A stretch of 64,000 bases of DNA from Candidatus Krumholzibacteriota bacterium (GCA_963764625.1 CAVXTH010000009.1:1062292-1126291); one strand, 5' to 3'; shown: positions 20,067 through 30,702, counted from the first letter of the stretch. The notes: a model not told the origin generated them from the sequence alone. Numbers and translations are program-made.

Positions 20067-20584
20067 CTCTGATCGTCGGTATCGATCCGGGAAGCCAGCG
20101 GTTGGGCTACGCCGCGATCGAGGCCGAAGGCCACAGCTTGAAGCATCTCACCCACGGCACCCTGAAAGCTCCCTCGCGCCAACCCCTGCACCAGCGGCTG
20201 GCCTTCCTGCACACGCGACTTCGCGAGGTGCTGGAGGAGTCGAGTCAGCTCGGGCGGGGAGCGCCGATCGAGGTGGCGATCGAGCGGGTTTTTACGGCCA
20301 AGAACTACGCCTCGGCATTGACCCTGGGCCATGCGCGCGGGATCATCCTCCTCGCGGTGGGCCAATGTGGCTACGAACTCGCCGAATACGCGCCCGCGGC
20401 AATCAAGAAGGCAGTCACGGGAAACGGCCGGGCGAGCAAGGCGCAGGTGGCCGCCATGGTAGGGCGCATCTTGGGAATCAAGGTCTCTGCGGAGGAGAGT
20501 GACAGCACCGACGCCCTCGCCATGGCGATCTGTCACGCGGCGAATTTGCAGGCGCGGAGTCTGGCGGACCGGCTCGAGGTTTGA
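20063..20584 (+). CDS. ruvC: Holliday junction resolvase RuvC
   Basis: GIDPGS, AIE, LGHARG, KKAVTGNGRASKAQV, DSTDALA. Confidence 0.96.
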   Translation: MTLIVGIDPGSQRLGYAAIEAEGHSLKHLTHGTLKAPSRQPLHQRLAFLHTRLREVLEESSQLGRGAPIEVAIERVFTAKNYASALTLGHARGIILLAVGQCGYELAEYAPAAIKKAVTGNGRASKAQVAAMVGRILGIKVSAEESDSTDALAMAICHAANLQARSLADRLEV

Positions 20585-20601
20585 ACTCCTTTGGAGGATC
20601 G

Positions 20602-21195
20602 ATGTACGCATTCATCTCGGGACGTCTGGAGGATGTCTCCAGCGGGGCGGTCGTCGTCGCCGATGGCGGGGTGGGCTACGCGATCCTGGTCCCCGAGCGC
20701 TTGCGCCGTCGCCTGCCCCCCGTGGGACAGGAAGTGAAGCTCTTCACGCATCTTCACGTGCGTGAGGATGATTTGACGCTCTACGGTTTTTCCAGTCCGT
20801 CCGAGCGGGAGATGTTCAGGGCCCTTCTTTCGATCAGCGGCGTGGGTCCCAAGCTCGCGCTCGCCATTCTGGGCGATGAGGACTTCCAGCTCATCCTGGA
20901 CGGGGCGCGCCGGGGCGATGCGGGACCTCTGACGCGCATCAAAGGGGTGGGCAAGAAGACGGCCGAGCGGCTGGTGGTCGAGCTGCGCGATCGCGAGCTT
21001 GCGCCCCTCCCGGCTTATCCGGGCGCGGCGGCCGGTCCGGGAACGACCGACGAGGAGGCGACGCTGGCCCTCATCGGAATGGGCTTGAGTCTGGAAGCCG
21101 CCCGGCGCGCCGTGGGCAGTTTGACGATTCAGGAGCGCGAGAATGCGCCGGTGGAGGACATCGTTCGTCGAGCCCTGCGCGCCGTCGCCATATGA
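20602..21195 (+). CDS. ruvA: Holliday junction branch migration protein RuvA
   Basis: GVGY, VREDDLTLYGF, SGVGPKLA, GVGKKTAER. Confidence 0.96.
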   Translation: MYAFISGRLEDVSSGAVVVADGGVGYAILVPERLRRRLPPVGQEVKLFTHLHVREDDLTLYGFSSPSEREMFRALLSISGVGPKLALAILGDEDFQLILDGARRGDAGPLTRIKGVGKKTAERLVVELRDRELAPLPAYPGAAAGPGTTDEEATLALIGMGLSLEAARRAVGSLTIQERENAPVEDIVRRALRAVAI

Positions 21196-21217
21196 TCCGC
21201 CAGCCAAGGAAGATCTG

Positions 21218-22249
21218 ATGCAGCCCAAGGAGAGACTCACCGATCCTCGCCCCCAACCAGGGGCGGAGGCGGACAGGGACCGGGCGCTGAGACCGAAGAG
21301 CCTGGCGGAGTTCATCGGACAGGAGCGACTCAAAGTTCAGCTCGCTCTCTTCATTCGTGCGGCCAAGGAAAGAGGGGAAGCCCTCGACCATCTGCTCTTA
21401 CACGGTCCTCCCGGCCTGGGGAAGACCACCCTGGCCGGCATCGTGGCCAGGGAGATGGGGGCACAGCTACGCGTCACGAGCGGTCCCGCGTTCACCAACG
21501 GCGCCGAACTCCTCTCCATTCTGACGCGTGAAGAAGGGCGGCAGTGCGTCTTCGTCGACGAGATCCACCGGCTGAATCGCGTGGTGGAAGAGCACCTCTA
21601 TCCGGCGATGGAGGATTTCCGCGTCGAGCTGGTCATCGACAAGGGTCCGGCGGCGCGTCACTACCAGCTCGATCTCGAACCCTTCACGCTGGTGGGCGCG
21701 ACGACGCGCGCCGGTCTTCTGACCCCAGCCCTGCGCTCTCGCTTCGGCATCGTGCTGCATCTGGAATTCTATCCGCCGGCCGAGCTCGCCCGCATCGTGG
21801 CCCGCAGCGCCGAGCTGCTCGAGATGGAGTTGAGCGAGGACGGGACCATCGAGATCGCGCGCAGGAGTCGCGGGACGCCCCGGGTGGCGAATCGCATTTT
21901 ACGCCGCGTGCGTGATGTGGCCCAGGTGGAGGGGCTTCGTACCGTGGACAAAGGCCTGGTGCAGAGGGCTCTCGACCTGCTCGAGGTCGATCATCTTGGA
22001 TTGGAGAGTCTGGACCGATCGTACCTGCGGGTGATCACCTCCGATTTCGACGGAGGCCCGGTGGGTCTGTCCACCCTCGCCGTCAGTCTGGGCGAGGAGA
22101 CCGACACGCTCGAGGACGTGGTGGAACCCTTCCTCATTCAGGAAGGACTGGTGCACCGGACTCCCCGCGGTCGCGTGGCGACCCCGAAGGCCTTTGCTCA
22201 TCTGGGTCTTGCGCCGCCCACGAAACAGAGAGAGCCCGATCTCTTCTGA
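21218..22249 (+). CDS. ruvB: Holliday junction branch migration ATPase RuvB
   Basis: LRPKSLAEFIGQ, GPPGLGKTT, DEIHR, LYPAMED, GATTR, RGTPR. Confidence 0.97.
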   Translation: MQPKERLTDPRPQPGAEADRDRALRPKSLAEFIGQERLKVQLALFIRAAKERGEALDHLLLHGPPGLGKTTLAGIVAREMGAQLRVTSGPAFTNGAELLSILTREEGRQCVFVDEIHRLNRVVEEHLYPAMEDFRVELVIDKGPAARHYQLDLEPFTLVGATTRAGLLTPALRSRFGIVLHLEFYPPAELARIVARSAELLEMELSEDGTIEIARRSRGTPRVANRILRRVRDVAQVEGLRTVDKGLVQRALDLLEVDHLGLESLDRSYLRVITSDFDGGPVGLSTLAVSLGEETDTLEDVVEPFLIQEGLVHRTPRGRVATPKAFAHLGLAPPTKQREPDLF

Positions 22250-23295
22250 TGCCTCACTTCGACGAACTCGACTCCTACGACTTCACTCTCTCTGAGGAGA
22301 GAATCGCCCAGCGGCCTCTGCCGCGACGGCGTGATGCCAGGCTTCTGATCTGGGAGCGCGATGGGAAATTTTGCGATGGTGCAGTCCGGGACCTGCCACG
22401 ACTTCTGCGACCAAGTGATCTTCTGATCCTGAACGACACCAAAGTCTTTCCCGCGCGCCTGTACGGACGCAAGAAACGGGGCGGGGCGAGAGTGGAAGTG
22501 CTGTTGACGGATCCCCTCGCCGACGAGAGCTGGTCGGCTTTGGTGCGCCCGGGCCGGCGGCTTCCGCCAGGTACGGAGATCGAGTTGGAAGGGGGCCCAG
22601 AGATGATGATCGAAGAGGCTCTGGGCCGTGGTCTGCGCCGCGTCCGCCTGACCGGCGGTGCGTCGTCGGCGCTCGACTACGCCGTGCACCACGGTCACGT
22701 TCCCCTGCCGCCCTACATCCGCCGAAGTGACGACGAACGGGACACCGAGCGCTATCAGACCATTTTCGCGCGCGCGAGCGGTTCGGTGGCCGCGCCCACC
22801 GCCGGATTGCACTTCGACGCCGAGCTCCTCGACGAGCTGAGACGAAAGGGCGTAGCGTGCGCGTTCGTGACTCTTCACGTGGGACCCGGCACCTTTCTTC
22901 CCCTGAGCGGGGTGGAGCTGAAGCGGGGCTCGCTGCACGCCGAGCGATTCACCGTTCCAAGCGAAACCGTTCGGGCGATCCTGGAATGCAAGAAGCGGGG
23001 CGGCCGCGTGGTGGCCGTCGGCACCACCGCATGCCGCAGCCTCGAGAGCCTTCCCGCCGACGCGACAGAGGGGGTCTCAGGGACCACTTCGCTGTTCATC
23101 CGCCCTGGGCATCACTTTCGCTGGGTGAACGTTCTGCTGACCAACTTTCATCTTCCCAGAAGCAGTCTGCTGATCTTGGTCGCGGCCTTCGCGGGCGAAC
23201 GATGGCGCGAGGCCTACGCCCACGCCCTGCGCGAGGGCTACCGCTTCTACTCCTACGGCGATGCCAACTGGATCGAGAGGTCGCATCCTCAATGA
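22249..23295 (+). CDS. queA: S-adenosylmethionine:tRNA ribosyltransferase-isomerase
   Basis: [43 protein letters not shown]. Confidence 0.96.
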   Translation: MPHFDELDSYDFTLSEERIAQRPLPRRRDARLLIWERDGKFCDGAVRDLPRLLRPSDLLILNDTKVFPARLYGRKKRGGARVEVLLTDPLADESWSALVRPGRRLPPGTEIELEGGPEMMIEEALGRGLRRVRLTGGASSALDYAVHHGHVPLPPYIRRSDDERDTERYQTIFARASGSVAAPTAGLHFDAELLDELRRKGVACAFVTLHVGPGTFLPLSGVELKRGSLHAERFTVPSETVRAILECKKRGGRVVAVGTTACRSLESLPADATEGVSGTTSLFIRPGHHFRWVNVLLTNFHLPRSSLLILVAAFAGERWREAYAHALREGYRFYSYGDANWIERSHPQ

Positions 23296-24438
23296 GTGGC
23301 TTCTCCTTCGAAGTGTTGAACGAGAGCGGGTCGGCGCGGCGCGGACGGCTACACACCGATCACGGCTGCGTGGAGACACCGGTCTTCATGCCGGTGGGGA
23401 CGCAGGCCACGGTGAAGGGCCTCACGGTGGATCAGGTGAAGAGCACCGGAGCTCGCATGATTCTGGCGAACACCTATCATCTCTACCTGCGACCCACCCA
23501 CGATCGCATCGAGCGACTGGGTGGCCTGCATCGCTTCATGGGCTACGACGGGGCCATGCTCACCGACAGTGGCGGATTCCAGGTCTTTTCTCTCTCGAGC
23601 TTGAACCAGTTGAGTGAAGAAGGGGTCAGCTTCCGCTCGCACCTCGATGGTTCCCCGCACTTCTTCTCCCCCGAACTCAGCATGGAGGTGCAAGCCGCTC
23701 TCGGCGCCGACGTGGTGATGGCTTTCGATCACTGCCTGGCTCTGCCGGCGGAGAAGGAAGGGAGTGGCGCAGGCGGTGGACCGCACCACGCGCTGGGCCC
23801 AGCGCTGCCTCGATTCCTTCGGACTGCGGCGCCAGAGCGAGGCGGGACACGAGCAGGTGCTGTTCGGGATCATGCAGGGTGGGGTGTCAAAGTTCGAGAG
23901 AGAACGCAGCGCGCGCGAGCTGACGCGCCTCGGCTTCTTGGGGTACGCGATCGGCGGACTGTCGGTGGGCGAGAGCAAGGAGGAGTTGCATCGACTGAGT
24001 GCGTTCAGCGCGTCTCTTTTGCCCCTGAGAAAACCGCGCTACCTGATGGGAGTCGGATTCCCCGAGGACATACTGGCCGCGGTGGAGGGTGGAGTGGACA
24101 TGTTCGACTGCGTATTGCCCACCCGCATGGCGCGCAACGGAACCCTGCTGACGCACGATGGGCGTCTCGCGCTTCGCAACGCGCGCTTCGCCGACGACGA
24201 AGCTCCCCTGGAGGAGGGCTGCCCCTGCCTGGCCTGCACGAACCACACCCGTGCGTACCTGCGCCACCTCGTGATCGCCGGTGAGATCCTCGGTCCGGTT
24301 CTGAGCACCATCCACAATCTGACTTTCTATCAGTCTCTGATGGCCGAAATTCGCGAGGCGATCGAACGGGATGGTCTCCCGGAGTACCGGGAGCGGTTCC
24401 TGGCCCGTTTTGCGGCGCGGCGAGGCCACGTTCCCTGA
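23292..24438 (+). CDS. tgt: tRNA-guanine transglycosylase, split by a frameshift near 23760
   Basis: [25 protein letters not shown] in one frame. [28 protein letters not shown] in the +1 frame. Removing one G at 23760-23762 joins them. Confidence 0.93.
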
Positions 24439-24570
24439 ACCACTCGTTCGAACGCATGCCCATGCTCGCGAATTCAGAGCGATCGAGAATCGAAGCGGAG
24501 CCAGGCCGAGGCTTGCCTGAAGCTGGTGGCACACCTAGACTGAGCGCCGAACCCCTTCTGGAGGTGACTC

Positions 24571-24918
24571 TTGAGCCCGATTCACTCTGCATCCCTCGCC
24601 GCGCTCGTTCCCGCGTTCGCGGCTTCCCCCCAGGGAGGTCAGTCGGCATCACCCTGGTCGATGATGCCGCTCTTTCTCGCATTTCTTCTCATTTTCTATT
24701 TTTTGATGTGGCGGCCACAGGCGAAGCGCCAGAAAGAGCACAAGGCCATGCTCGCTGACTTGAAGAAGGGAGATCGCATCATCACCAGCGGTGGCCTTCA
24801 CGCGACGGTGCTCAGTATCAAGGAAGATCGCGGGATCGTGGTGGCCACGATCGGCGAGGGAGTGAAGGTCGAGATTTCCCGCGGATCCGTGGCGGGAGTG
24901 GTCGTCGAGAAGAAGTGA
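24571..24918 (+). CDS. yajC: Preprotein translocase subunit YajC
   Basis: FYFLMWRPQAKRQKEH...LKKGDRIITSGGL. Canonical position after tgt. Confidence 0.95.
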   Translation: MSPIHSASLAALVPAFAASPQGGQSASPWSMMPLFLAFLLIFYFLMWRPQAKRQKEHKAMLADLKKGDRIITSGGLHATVLSIKEDRGIVVATIGEGVKVEISRGSVAGVVVEKK

Positions 24919-24937
24919 CCTCAGCCCCTGGGAACCC

Positions 24938-25456
24938 ATGAGCGACGAACTGGAGATCTTTCTCTACGGAAGTGAGATCCTCAGGTCTGCCTGCCGGCCG
25001 GTGGAGCGTTTCGACGACGAGCTCCGAGAGCTCTGCGACGGAATGATCCAGGCGATGACCCGCGAGGACGGGATCGGTCTGGCCGCGCCGCAGGTGGGAA
25101 GAGATCTGCGTATGCTCATCGCGCGCGATGAGCGGGATGGATGGCCGCGCATTCTTCCCCTGGTGAATCCCGAATTGAAGGTCCTCAGTTCCGAACGTGC
25201 ATCGTTCAGCGAGGGGTGTCTCTCGCTTCCGGGAATCACAGCCGAAGTCGATCGTCCGGCGCGGATCACGGTGGCCTTTCAGGACCTCGAGGGTACCAGC
25301 CACGAGCTCACGGACGACGGGCTTCTCGCGCGCATCATCCAACACGAATCGGACCATCTGGAGGGGATCCTCTTCGTCGACCACTTGCCCTTGCTCAAGC
25401 GCAAGCTCCTGGCCAAGAAGCTCAAAGCTCTCGCGCGTCGGTCGAAGGTGGGTTGA
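24938..25456 (+). CDS. def: Peptide deformylase
   Basis: GIGLAAPQVG, EGCLS, QHESDHLEG. Confidence 0.97.
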   Translation: MSDELEIFLYGSEILRSACRPVERFDDELRELCDGMIQAMTREDGIGLAAPQVGRDLRMLIARDERDGWPRILPLVNPELKVLSSERASFSEGCLSLPGITAEVDRPARITVAFQDLEGTSHELTDDGLLARIIQHESDHLEGILFVDHLPLLKRKLLAKKLKALARRSKVG

Positions 25457-25458
25457 TC

Positions 25459-26418
25459 GTGCGCCTCGTCTTCCTCGGCTCTCCTGAGTTCGCGATTCCG
25501 TCCCTGGAGGCACTGGTAAAGGAAGGCCACGAGGTGCTCCTGGTGGTGACGCAACCGGACAAGGCGAGAGGACGCGGACGCGAGCCCCTTCCCACCCCCA
25601 TTCGCCGCCGGGCCATGGAGCTGGGCCTCGCCGAGACGACCCTGAAGCCCAAGGACCGTGAGAAGTGTTACCGCCGCATCCTGGAGCTCTCTCCGGAGAT
25701 CGTGGTTGTCGTCGCGTTCGGTCACCTCATCAAAGAGCCCCTGCTGCACGGACCCACTTTGGGATGTTTGAACGTGCACGCTTCGCTGCTTCCGCGCTGG
25801 CGAGGAGCGGCGCCCATTCACCGCGCCGTCATCGCCGGAGATCGCACGACGGGTGTCTGTACCATGCAGCTGGAAAAGGGGATGGATACCGGTCCCGTTT
25901 ACGCGCGGGTGGAGACAGAGATCGGGCCCGAGGAGACCGCGGGAGAGCTGCACGATCGCCTGGCCGTTCTGGGGGCAGAGCTCCTGATCCGGACCCTGGC
26001 GGAGATGAAAGCCGAAGGACTGAGAGCTTCCCCTCAGACAGAAGAGGGCGCCGTCTTGGCGCCGCTCTTGCGCAAGGAAGAGGGAACGGTCGACTTCGCG
26101 CGAGGCGCCGACGAGGTTCACGACCGCATTCGCGGCCTGAGTCCTTGGCCGGGAGTGGCGGTCGAAACGGCGGGCGAGATCCTCAGACTCCGCGGTAGCT
26201 ACCTTCTTTCGGAAGGACGCGGAGAGGCCGGACGGATTCTCTCCATCGACGGCGAAGGGATGAGCGTGGCCTGCTCGAGGGGAGCGGTGGGGATTCGCCT
26301 CGTGCAGCGGGCGGGCGGGCGTTTCATGTCTCCTCTGCAATTCTCGCGAGGCCACGAGTTGAGAGTGGGGGAGAGCTTCTCTCCTCTGGCCGAGGTGCCC
26401 CCACGGAAGCCGAACTGA
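25459..26418 (+). CDS. fmt: Methionyl-tRNA formyltransferase
   Basis: VFLGSPEFA, VTQPDK, NVHASLLPRWRGAAPI, MDTG. Confidence 0.96.
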   Translation: MRLVFLGSPEFAIPSLEALVKEGHEVLLVVTQPDKARGRGREPLPTPIRRRAMELGLAETTLKPKDREKCYRRILELSPEIVVVVAFGHLIKEPLLHGPTLGCLNVHASLLPRWRGAAPIHRAVIAGDRTTGVCTMQLEKGMDTGPVYARVETEIGPEETAGELHDRLAVLGAELLIRTLAEMKAEGLRASPQTEEGAVLAPLLRKEEGTVDFARGADEVHDRIRGLSPWPGVAVETAGEILRLRGSYLLSEGRGEAGRILSIDGEGMSVACSRGAVGIRLVQRAGGRFMSPLQFSRGHELRVGESFSPLAEVPPRKPN

Positions 26419-26419
26419 A

Positions 26420-27799
26420 ATGGGCGCGCGTCGTCCGTCCACTTCCCGTGGTTCAGCGCCGCTCGATCCCCTCCGCCTGTACGCGGCGCGCATCCTCTTG
26501 CGCTGGCACGGCGAAAAGGGCTACGTCCGTGATGTCCTGGAGGAATTCGAACGCGGCGACGGCGGGGCGGCGGTGCGACTCGCCGAGGTGGAGCAAAGGC
26601 GGCTCCGCGAGCTGGTGTACGGATGCGTTCGACTCCGCGGCCGCTACGACTTCATCCTGAATCAGCTGGCGAAGCAGAGTCCCAAGCCCCCGATTCGCAT
26701 CACTCTGTGGCTCGGACTCCATGAGATCTGTGAACTGAGGACCGCGCATCACGCCGTGGTCTCCCAATGCGTCGAGTTGGCGCGCGCTCTCGGCTCCGCG
26801 CATGCGGCCGGTTTCGTGAATGGGGTCCTGAGGCGCGTCGCCAAGGAGGGGTGTTCGCACTACTTCCCCGTCGCGCAAGAAGATCCCATCGGGTACGCCG
26901 CGAGCTGGCTCAGCCACCCCCGCTGGCTGGTGGAGCGCTGGGCTGAGGCGCTCCCACCCGAAGAAGTTCTCGCGCTCTGCGAAGCCAACAATCGACGCCC
27001 GGCTCTGGTCCTGCGAGCGAGTCATGGTCGCCGCGAAGAATTGCTCGAAGCCGCGCGTGAGCGAGAGTGGGACGCGCGGCCCGGGCAGTGGGCGCAGGAT
27101 TCCGTGGTCTTGCAGACGCGCGTTCCCGCCATGCGAGCGCTGCGAGAGCTCGGGGCAAAGGTGACGATTCAAGACGAGGCGGCCCAACTCGTGCCCGCGC
27201 TCTTGCCGGAAGATTTCACTGGTTCGATCTTGGACCTGTGCGCGGCGCCGGGAGGTAAAACGGCCCAGCTCGCCGATCGTTTCAAGACGAGCGCGACCGT
27301 GGTGGGTCTCGATCTAAACTTTCGTCGGCTCCTGCGAGTGGGGGATACCTTTCGTCGACTCGAGCTTCCGCCGCTTTTCGCCGTCGCGGCGGACGGGAGC
27401 AAGCCCCCGTTTCGGCCCGGTGCTTTCGACGCGGTGCTGGTGGATGCGCCGTGCAGTGGAACCGGCGTGCTCGCGCGGCGGCACGAGGCGCGTTGGCGCA
27501 GGAAACCCAAGGATCTCAGCGAATTGCCCGCTTTGCAGCAGAAACTCCTGAACTCCGCGGTTGAACTCTGTGCTCCGGGAGGCATCATCGTGTACGCTAC
27601 CTGCTCGCTCGAGTTCGAGGAGAACGAAGCGGTCGTCGACGCGGTCCTCCAAAGCCGCGCGGACTTGGTGGAAGTGGGGGCGGAAGGCCGTGTTCCGGCA
27701 GAGCTGCTGCAGAACGGGCGCCTGCGCGTTTGGCCGCATCGTCACGGTTGTGACGGCGCATTCGCGGCGGTGCTCAGGCGCAAGGAGTTGAAACCGTGA
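26420..27799 (+). CDS. rsmB: 16S rRNA m5C967 methyltransferase (Sun/RsmB)
   Basis: NusB-like N-terminus (FVNGVLR), SHPRW, QDEA, DLCAAPGGKT, DAPCSGTG, YATCS. Confidence 0.94.
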   Translation: MGARRPSTSRGSAPLDPLRLYAARILLRWHGEKGYVRDVLEEFERGDGGAAVRLAEVEQRRLRELVYGCVRLRGRYDFILNQLAKQSPKPPIRITLWLGLHEICELRTAHHAVVSQCVELARALGSAHAAGFVNGVLRRVAKEGCSHYFPVAQEDPIGYAASWLSHPRWLVERWAEALPPEEVLALCEANNRRPALVLRASHGRREELLEAAREREWDARPGQWAQDSVVLQTRVPAMRALRELGAKVTIQDEAAQLVPALLPEDFTGSILDLCAAPGGKTAQLADRFKTSATVVGLDLNFRRLLRVGDTFRRLELPPLFAVAADGSKPPFRPGAFDAVLVDAPCSGTGVLARRHEARWRRKPKDLSELPALQQKLLNSAVELCAPGGIIVYATCSLEFEENEAVVDAVLQSRADLVEVGAEGRVPAELLQNGRLRVWPHRHGCDGAFAAVLRRKELKP

Positions 27800-28521
27800 C
27801 GGTGGGACGATTCTTTCTGACCCTCTTGCTGCTCGCGGTCGCGATCGTGGGTGGAGTGGCGCTCGCCAACTCGACCTTCCTCCCCTGGATGGTTCACCGC
27901 CAGAGAGCGGTGCTTGTGCCCGAGCTCACGGGTCTTTCGCTCCAAAAGGCCAAGAAACAAGCCAAGCGAGTGGGCCTGGAAGTGGAGGTGGGCGACGAGG
28001 TCTACCAGGACGGCACGCCGCCGGGAGTCGTTCTCGAACAGGTTCCACGCGCTCTCCGCTCGGTTCGCAAAGGCCGGGGAATTCGCCTGGTCGTCAGCAA
28101 GGGCGAAGCCTACGCCCGCGTTCCCGACCTCTTGGGAATGAGCCTGCGTCAGTGCGAAATTTCGCTCTTGCGGGAGAATCTCAAAGTGGGGCGGGTGGCG
28201 CGCTCTTACGATCCCGTCGGGCGCATCGGAATCGCGGCACAGCGGCCGCAGCCAGGCGCGCAGATCCCGGGCGGCTCGGTGGTGGATGTGCTGCTGCGAG
28301 AGGAACACGAACCGCGCTACTATCGAGTGCCCTCCTTCGTCGGCCGGAGTCTGGTCAAAGTGCGGGCGGAGTTGAATGCGGCCGGCTTCGAGCTCCGGCG
28401 CATCACCTATGCCTCCAACCAGGGCGCGTTCCCGGGCACGATTCTCAAGCAATGGCCCGAGGCCGGTTCGCGGATCGTGGGAGGGGGTAGCATTGAGCTG
28501 GTGGCTAGCAAGCAAGACTGA
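27796..28521 (+). CDS. Membrane-anchored protein with three PASTA domains
   Basis: N-terminal TM and three repeats: VPELTGLS, VPDLLGMS, VPSFVGRS, each followed by Q-x-P. Confidence 0.88.
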   Translation: MTVGRFFLTLLLLAVAIVGGVALANSTFLPWMVHRQRAVLVPELTGLSLQKAKKQAKRVGLEVEVGDEVYQDGTPPGVVLEQVPRALRSVRKGRGIRLVVSKGEAYARVPDLLGMSLRQCEISLLRENLKVGRVARSYDPVGRIGIAAQRPQPGAQIPGGSVVDVLLREEHEPRYYRVPSFVGRSLVKVRAELNAAGFELRRITYASNQGAFPGTILKQWPEAGSRIVGGGSIELVASKQD

Positions 28522-29179
28522 GACTCGCATCGCGGTGGCGCCTTCCCTTCTCTCGGCGGATCTGTTGCGACTGGGAGAGGAGCTGAAGGCGGTACAGAAC
28601 GCGGGGGTGGACTTGCTTCACCTGGACATCATGGATGCCCACTTCGTCGACAACTTGAGCTACGGCCCTCGCCTGGCCAAGGCGATCTGTTCGAGCACTC
28701 CTCTGCCGGTCGAATGTCATCTCATGGTGGAAGATCCGCATGACTACGCGCAGCGATTTCTCGATGCCGGCGCCGCGTGCGTCAGTTTTCATCTCGAGCT
28801 TCCGCTCGACCATCGGGAGCTTCTGCGGCTGATCCGAAAGAGAGGGAAGAGAGCCGGCCTGGTCCTCAACCCCTCCACGCCGCTCGACGAACGCGAGCAC
28901 CGGCCCCTGCTTCAGGACTGCGATTTCTTCCTGGTGATGTCGGTGCATCCCGGATTCGGGGGACAGGCCTTCGATCCCTCGGTCCTGTCCAAGCTTCGCC
29001 TTTTGCGCGCCTGGCGTGAAGAGGACGGACACGAATTCGCTCTGGAGATCGACGGGGGCATCGACCCCACAACCGCCTCCCTGGCCCGCGAGGCGGGGGC
29101 CGACATCCTGGTCTCGGGTTCCTCGTTCTTCGGGTCCAAGGACTACCGCGCCATCACGCGCGCCCTGAGGGGGAACTGA
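28493..29179 (+). CDS. rpe: Ribulose-phosphate 3-epimerase
   Basis: APSLLSAD, HLDIMD, HLMV, MSVHPGFGGQ, IDGGI. Start uncertain. Confidence 0.95.
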   Translation: MSWWLASKTETRIAVAPSLLSADLLRLGEELKAVQNAGVDLLHLDIMDAHFVDNLSYGPRLAKAICSSTPLPVECHLMVEDPHDYAQRFLDAGAACVSFHLELPLDHRELLRLIRKRGKRAGLVLNPSTPLDEREHRPLLQDCDFFLVMSVHPGFGGQAFDPSVLSKLRLLRAWREEDGHEFALEIDGGIDPTTASLAREAGADILVSGSSFFGSKDYRAITRALRGN

Positions 29180-29238
29180 GCCGGCCGCGGACGGCCCCGC
29201 GGGGGGTCGAGGCGGGGATCTCCTTGTGCCGCGCGGCC

Positions 29239-29267
29239 TTGCGCCAGACCCTTTGAACTGCTATCGT
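29239..29267 (+). promoter_or_regulatory. Putative promoter of the ffh operon
   Basis: TTGCGC-17 nt-TATCGT with an extended -10 TG. Confidence 0.45.
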
Positions 29268-29367
29268 GCCAGGCTGATTCCGTTTGCCCGCCGTGCGGCC
29301 TGGCCGTCGGGGCCTGAGCAGCGCATTCACCCCGGACGGCGTGAGAAACCTACGCCTCGTTGTCACC

Positions 29368-30702
29368 ATGTTCCAGGATCTCCAAACCAAGCTCGAAGGA
29401 GTCTTCAGGAGTCTCTCCGGACAGGGGAAACTCAGTGAAGAGAACATGGCGCAAGGCCTGCGAGAAATCCGCCGCGCCCTGCTCTCCGCCGACGTCGAGG
29501 TTCAAGTCGCGCGAGGCTTCGTGGAGCGTGTGCGCGAGAAGGCGGTGGGAGCCGAGGTCTTGAAGAGCCTCAGTCCGGGACAGCAAATGGTGAAGATCGT
29601 CCACGAGGAGCTCGTCGCGCTCTTGGGCGGCGCCACTGCGGACTTGAAATTGGAGGGAACACCTCCGATCTCGGTCCTGGTGATGGGACTGCAGGGCTCG
29701 GGAAAGACCACCTTCAGCGCGAAGCTCGCTCTGCACCTGAAATCGATGGGCCGACGTCCCCTTTTGGTCGCGTGCGATCTCCAACGTCCCGCCGCGATCG
29801 AGCAGCTCGAGACCCTGGCCGCGGCGTGCGGAGTGCCGGTCCACACCAACCGAGAGACCCAGGACGTGGTGCAGGTCGCGCGCGAGGCGCAGCGGCGCGC
29901 GCTGGAGGAGCTGTGCGATGTCCTGGTGGTGGACACGGCCGGGCGGCTCCAGATCGATGAAGCCCTCATGGTTCAGCTGGCCGCGCTGTCGGACGCGCTC
30001 AATCCGAGCGAGCGGCTCCTGGTCCTCGATGCCATGACCGGCCAGGAAGCGGTCTCGATCGCCAAGACCTTCGACGAGAAGATCGACGTCACCGGCGCCG
30101 TCCTGACCAAGCTCGACGGGGACGCCCGCGGAGGCGCCGCTCTCAGCATGGTCGAAGTCACCGGGAAGCCCATCAAGTTCGTGAGCACCGGCGAGAACCC
30201 GAGCGACCTGGATGTGTTCCATCCCGATCGGATCGCCGGTCGGATTCTCGGCATGGGCGACATGCTCAGCCTCATCGAAAAGGCGCAGCAGGACATCGAT
30301 GAGGAAAAGGCCAAGCGCATGGAGCAGAAGCTCCGCAAACAACAGTTCGATCTGGGAGACTTTCTCGACCAGTTGCGCCAGGTCAAGAAGATGGGTCCGC
30401 TCAAGCAGGTCCTGGGACTGATGCCCGGGATGAATGCCAAAATGCTCAAGGAAGCGAAAGTCGACGAGAAGCAAATGGCCCGTACGGAAGCCATCATCTC
30501 CTCGATGACGCTGAAGGAACGGCGCCGGCCCGAGATCATCAACGGCAGCCGGCGCAAGAGGATCGCCAGGGGCAGCGGCACGCAAGTCGTGGACGTGAAC
30601 CGCCTGCTCAAGCAATTCCGCGACATGAAGAAGATGATGAAGGTTCTGGCCAAGCCAGGATCGATCGACCGCCTCGGCAGGGGGATGTTCCCGCGCGTCT
30701 AG
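29368..30702 (+). CDS. ffh: Signal recognition particle protein
   Basis: GLQGSGKTT, DTAGR, TKLDGDARGG, RILGMGD, M-domain SRRKRIARGSG. Confidence 0.98.
   Translation: MFQDLQTKLEGVFRSLSGQGKLSEENMAQGLREIRRALLSADVEVQVARGFVERVREKAVGAEVLKSLSPGQQMVKIVHEELVALLGGATADLKLEGTPPISVLVMGLQGSGKTTFSAKLALHLKSMGRRPLLVACDLQRPAAIEQLETLAAACGVPVHTNRETQDVVQVAREAQRRALEELCDVLVVDTAGRLQIDEALMVQLAALSDALNPSERLLVLDAMTGQEAVSIAKTFDEKIDVTGAVLTKLDGDARGGAALSMVEVTGKPIKFVSTGENPSDLDVFHPDRIAGRILGMGDMLSLIEKAQQDIDEEKAKRMEQKLRKQQFDLGDFLDQLRQVKKMGPLKQVLGLMPGMNAKMLKEAKVDEKQMARTEAIISSMTLKERRRPEIINGSRRKRIARGSGTQVVDVNRLLKQFRDMKKMMKVLAKPGSIDRLGRGMFPRV

Noticed and set aside
29180-29367. SRP (4.5S) RNA next to ffh
   Set aside because: The conserved domain IV motif CAGG-CC-GGAA-GG-AGCAGC is absent.
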